NCBI RefSeq assembly: GCF_030684315.1
Contig: NC_081384.1
Span: forward strand, 37,064,310-37,128,309
From: Stegostoma tigrinum
Lineage: Eukaryota
Length of the DNA: 64,000 nucleotides
Reading direction: 5' to 3'
This document shows, piece by piece, positions 60,665-64,000 of the stretch. How positions within the stretch are numbered: position 1 is the first letter of the stretch; the number at the start of each line of letters is the position of its first letter. The notes beneath the pieces were generated by a model, which was given only the letters and a program-made list of their open reading frames with translations, made no database searches and was not told the DNA's origin. A program made the translations under genes and the position numbers.

Positions 60665-63125
60665 GCCTGAACCAGATGGAAACCAGCTCGGTGAGCCAAA
60701 CAATCACAACATCCACGACCCAAGCTACAAATCTACTCTAAAACCTTAGGGACCTACGGGTAAGGCACACTCAAATTGGCATGAAAATGGGAGAACTATG
60801 CCAAATGACAGAGCGCTACCTGCAAACAACTCTACTTCCTACAGGGAAGCCTCAGGAACCAGGTATTATCATGCTGTTTGAAATACAAAACCCCATCAAC
60901 AACGCACAAGTTCACAAAACAACAGAACAAAACGGCTGCAGGATGGTAATGGTAATGATAAATAACACACACAACTGGTTCCACAGATATAACTGAGAAA
61001 TTACGTGTCAAAAAACTTCATTCCTGGAAGCTACCAAGCAAGGCTGGACAACGGACCTAGAATGAGCCATCAATATCAATCAACAGACCACAAGAGCCAG
61101 GAAAAGACAGACCCTTCAGGACAAACTAGCCACACTTACCCATAAAAATGACTACAACACCTGGACAAGCGACAGGAAACTGATAGACACAGAGAAAGCT
61201 GTTTTCATCCACAGACTTAACTATAACTACAGAGACACCAACAAAACAGAATCCTTAGCCGCACTGGAAGCCACACTGAGAACCAGCAGCATCATTGAAG
61301 AAGCATAACAAACCATAAGGCAGACAGTGATCCCAACACTGACTAGAAAAAGCGAACTCAACAACCTCAACACATTGGAAAGGAAAGCCTTAGAAGGTCT
61401 GAAAAAGGACAAGAACATCACAATACTACCAGCAGAGAAAGGGTACATGATGGTAATCCTAACTAAACAGGACTACCCCTCCAAGGCACAGACACTACTA
61501 GCCTACGAGAACACATACTGGCAAGTGCAGACAGACCCAACCCCACAACTGGAAACAAGATACTCAACTCTAAAGGGACTCAAACAGACCAGAAAGATCA
61601 ACAAAACAGACTACCCAAGAATGAAACCTGAAGGAACTAACATCCTGCGATTCTGCAGCCTCCCAAAGTACCCCTCAGACCCATAGTCTCCCTGCTAGGC
61701 ATGCCATTGCATAGATTAGTCAAGGAAGTACAAAGGAGACTAAAGCACCTCGTCAGCAAGTTACCCCACTCAACCCACTCAGCCCAGGAGTTCGTCAGCT
61801 CTAAAGGACACAATAGATGACGATGAGACTATGGTATTGTTTGACGTTACTGCCCTATTCACATCGATAGACCTACCGCTAACAAGGGAAACACTGACAA
61901 CACAACTAAACCAAGAACAAGACCCGAGCGACACCATCTCCACAGACAGCATGAAGCTACTGGGCCTGTGCCTCACAACCCACTTCACCTTCAACAGCCA
62001 AATATATGAACAGATCAATGGGACACCTGTGGGATCACCTACTTCTGGACTAATAGCCAAAGCGGTGATGCAGGGACTTGAAAGCCTGGCCCTTCCGCTA
62101 ATCCAACCAAAACTATGGATACGATATGTGGACTACACCTTTGCCATTATTAAATGGACCAAACTAGAGGGACACACAAAGTAATAAACAACATCTTCAC
62201 TGGCGTCAGATTCAGAGAAGAGGAAAAGAACAAACAGCTCCCATTCCTGGACGTCGTGGTGGAATGCAGGACCCACAGGGAATTCCAAACAAAGGTACAC
62301 AGGAAAGCCACACACACTGACCAAGTACTGAATTTCAACAGCAAGCATCCTAACACTATGTAGAACATTATGTAAACGGGCAACGATACCCTGCAGTAGC
62401 ACAGAGCAATGCCGAGAAGAAGAAGAATACCTCTTCCAGGTGTTTAAAGAACACAGATACCCGAGAAACTGGGTCAGAAGATGCCTCACACATGAACAAC
62501 ACCAGGACTATACTATACACCCTGACATACTCATCACACTACACTACATCAGGAGCACATCTGAACTGACCAAAAGACTCCTGTGACCACTGGTCATCAG
62601 AGTAGCACACAAACCCACATCAACCCCATGCCAACTGTAACCGGAACCAAAGACCCACTACCCACTATGAACAGGGCCATTGTCATGTAGAAGATTCCCT
62701 GCAGCGTGTGACAAACATTACAATGGACAAACAGGAAGGAAATTAACAGCAAGGGTACATCAATTGACTGCGAAAAGACACGGCCGATACTCACGCATTT
62801 CCATCCACATGGATAAGGTGAACCACCAATTTGAATGGGACAACACCAGGATCCTGGGACAAGCAAAGCAGGGACAAACGTGGGAATTCCTAGAAGCCTG
62901 GTATTCCATGAAGAAAGCAATCAACAAACACATAGAGGTCGACCCCGTATATACTCCACTGCGAAGGAAAACCAGAACTGAGGTGATCCAGCTCAATGGA
63001 CACCAGAGATAAAATAACAGGCGGGAAAACACAATGGTGCTTCATCAGAGGCTGTACTGATGATGTTACCCAGTGGGGTAATGAAACATCTGCGGAACAA
63101 CGAACTAGCTCAGCGAGCCAACCAA
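60665..63125 (+). mobile_element. Nearly full-length but inactivated Penelope/Poseidon-like PLE (family A-related): partial 5' pLTR, N-terminus, RT, GIY-YIG, 3' pLTR
   Basis: ERKALEGLKKDKNITILPAEKG; MVLFDVTALFTSI; YEQINGTPVGSPTSGLIA; WIRYVDYTF (YVDD mutated); LPFLDVVV..TKVHRKATHTD; CDKHYNGQTGRKL..WEFLEAWYS. Multiple stops and frameshifts. Confidence 0.95.
63053..63094 (+). ncRNA. Minimal hammerhead motif in the 3' pLTR of the long PLE
   Basis: TGTA-CTGATGA-T-GTTACC-CAGTGG-GGTAAT-GAAA-CA-TC-TGCG, with CG>CA decay. Confidence 0.65.
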
Positions 63126-64000
63126 CTGTAACACCTCCATTTAAAAAAGGAGACAGACAGAAGACAGGAAAGTACAAGGCAGTTAACCTGACCTCACTTG
63201 TTGGTAAGATGTAGATGCCATTGTTAAGAATGAGATTATGGAGTACTTTGAATTGCATGGCAAAATACGGCTGAGCCAAGGAGAGGTCATGCCTGAAAAA
63301 TCCGTTAGAATTCTTTGAGGAGGTAACAAGCAAGTTTAGACAAAGGAGAGCCAGTGGATGAGATCTATTTGGATTTCCAGAGGACTGGTAAAGTGCCGCA
63401 CAGGAGACTAATCACTAAGAGCCCATGGGGTTAGGCACAAGCTACTAGCACAGATAGAGGATTGGTTGACTGGCAGAAGGCGGGGAACGGGGATTAAGGG
63501 GTCTTTTTCAGAATGGCAGCTGGTGACTAATGGGCCACTGTTGGGAGCACAACTAGTCATGTTATACATTAATAATCTGGAGGAAGGAACTGAGGGCATT
63601 GTTGCTAAGTTTGCAGATGACGGAAATATAGCTAGTGTTGAGGAAGTGAGGAGACTGCAGAAGGATATGGATATGCTAGGAGAGTGGGCGTTGAAGTGTT
63701 AGATGGAATACAATGTGGAGAAGTGTGAAGTTATGCAATTTGTTAGAGAGAAGAGAGGGATAGACTATTTTCTAAATGGAGAAAGGTTTCAGAAATCTGA
63801 AGCACAAAGGAATTTAGGAGTGCTAGTTCAGGATTTTCTTAAAGTTAACATACAGGTTCAGTTGTCTGTTACGGAGGCAAATGCAATGTTAGCATTCATT
63901 TCGAGAGGACAAGAATACAAGAGCAGGGACCTACTGCTGAGTCTGTGTAAGGCTATGGTGAGGCCACATTTGGAATATTGTGAGCAGTTTTGAGCCCTAT
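63126..64000 (+). mobile_element. CR1 LINE RT fragment running off the window end
   Basis: VTPPFKKGDRQKTGKYKAVNLTSLVGKM; LYINNLEEGTEGIVAKFADD; NVEKCEVMQF..MVRPHLEYCEQF. Confidence 0.93.

Overview
Eukaryotic, repeat-dense vertebrate DNA, almost certainly from a cartilaginous fish (shark). This is inferred from HE1-type tRNA-derived V-SINEs, HER1/CR1 LINE debris and a SacSINE1/Deu-like SINE. No intact multi-exon host gene is recognisable. The only host-gene candidate is a 51-nt signal-peptide-like first coding exon on the minus strand (46988-46938). Most of the window is decayed CR1-type LINEs, plus L2 and Crack/Daphne-like LINE fragments, SINEs, a Harbinger transposase remnant and three tandem arrays (a 27-bp array at 1-1800 with a ~1-kb higher-order period, a CTGT-based array, and a C-rich ~30-bp array). 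The most coherent signal is a dense population of Penelope-like elements (PLEs, RT + GIY-YIG) from about four families, labelled A-D here as working names. One copy is nearly full length (60665-63125). Many others are derivatives of the PLE terminal repeat (pLTR), inserted as fold-back units or as tiny 16-75 nt stubs with 10-16 bp target-site duplications (TSDs). Their pLTRs carry minimal hammerhead-ribozyme cores (CTGANGA-stem II-GAAA-CG-TH). PLE hammerheads and inverted pLTRs are established in general. The local architecture (double insertion at one target, 16-17 nt insertions, several families) merits follow-up. All calls are by eye, and boundaries of degenerate repeats are approximate.
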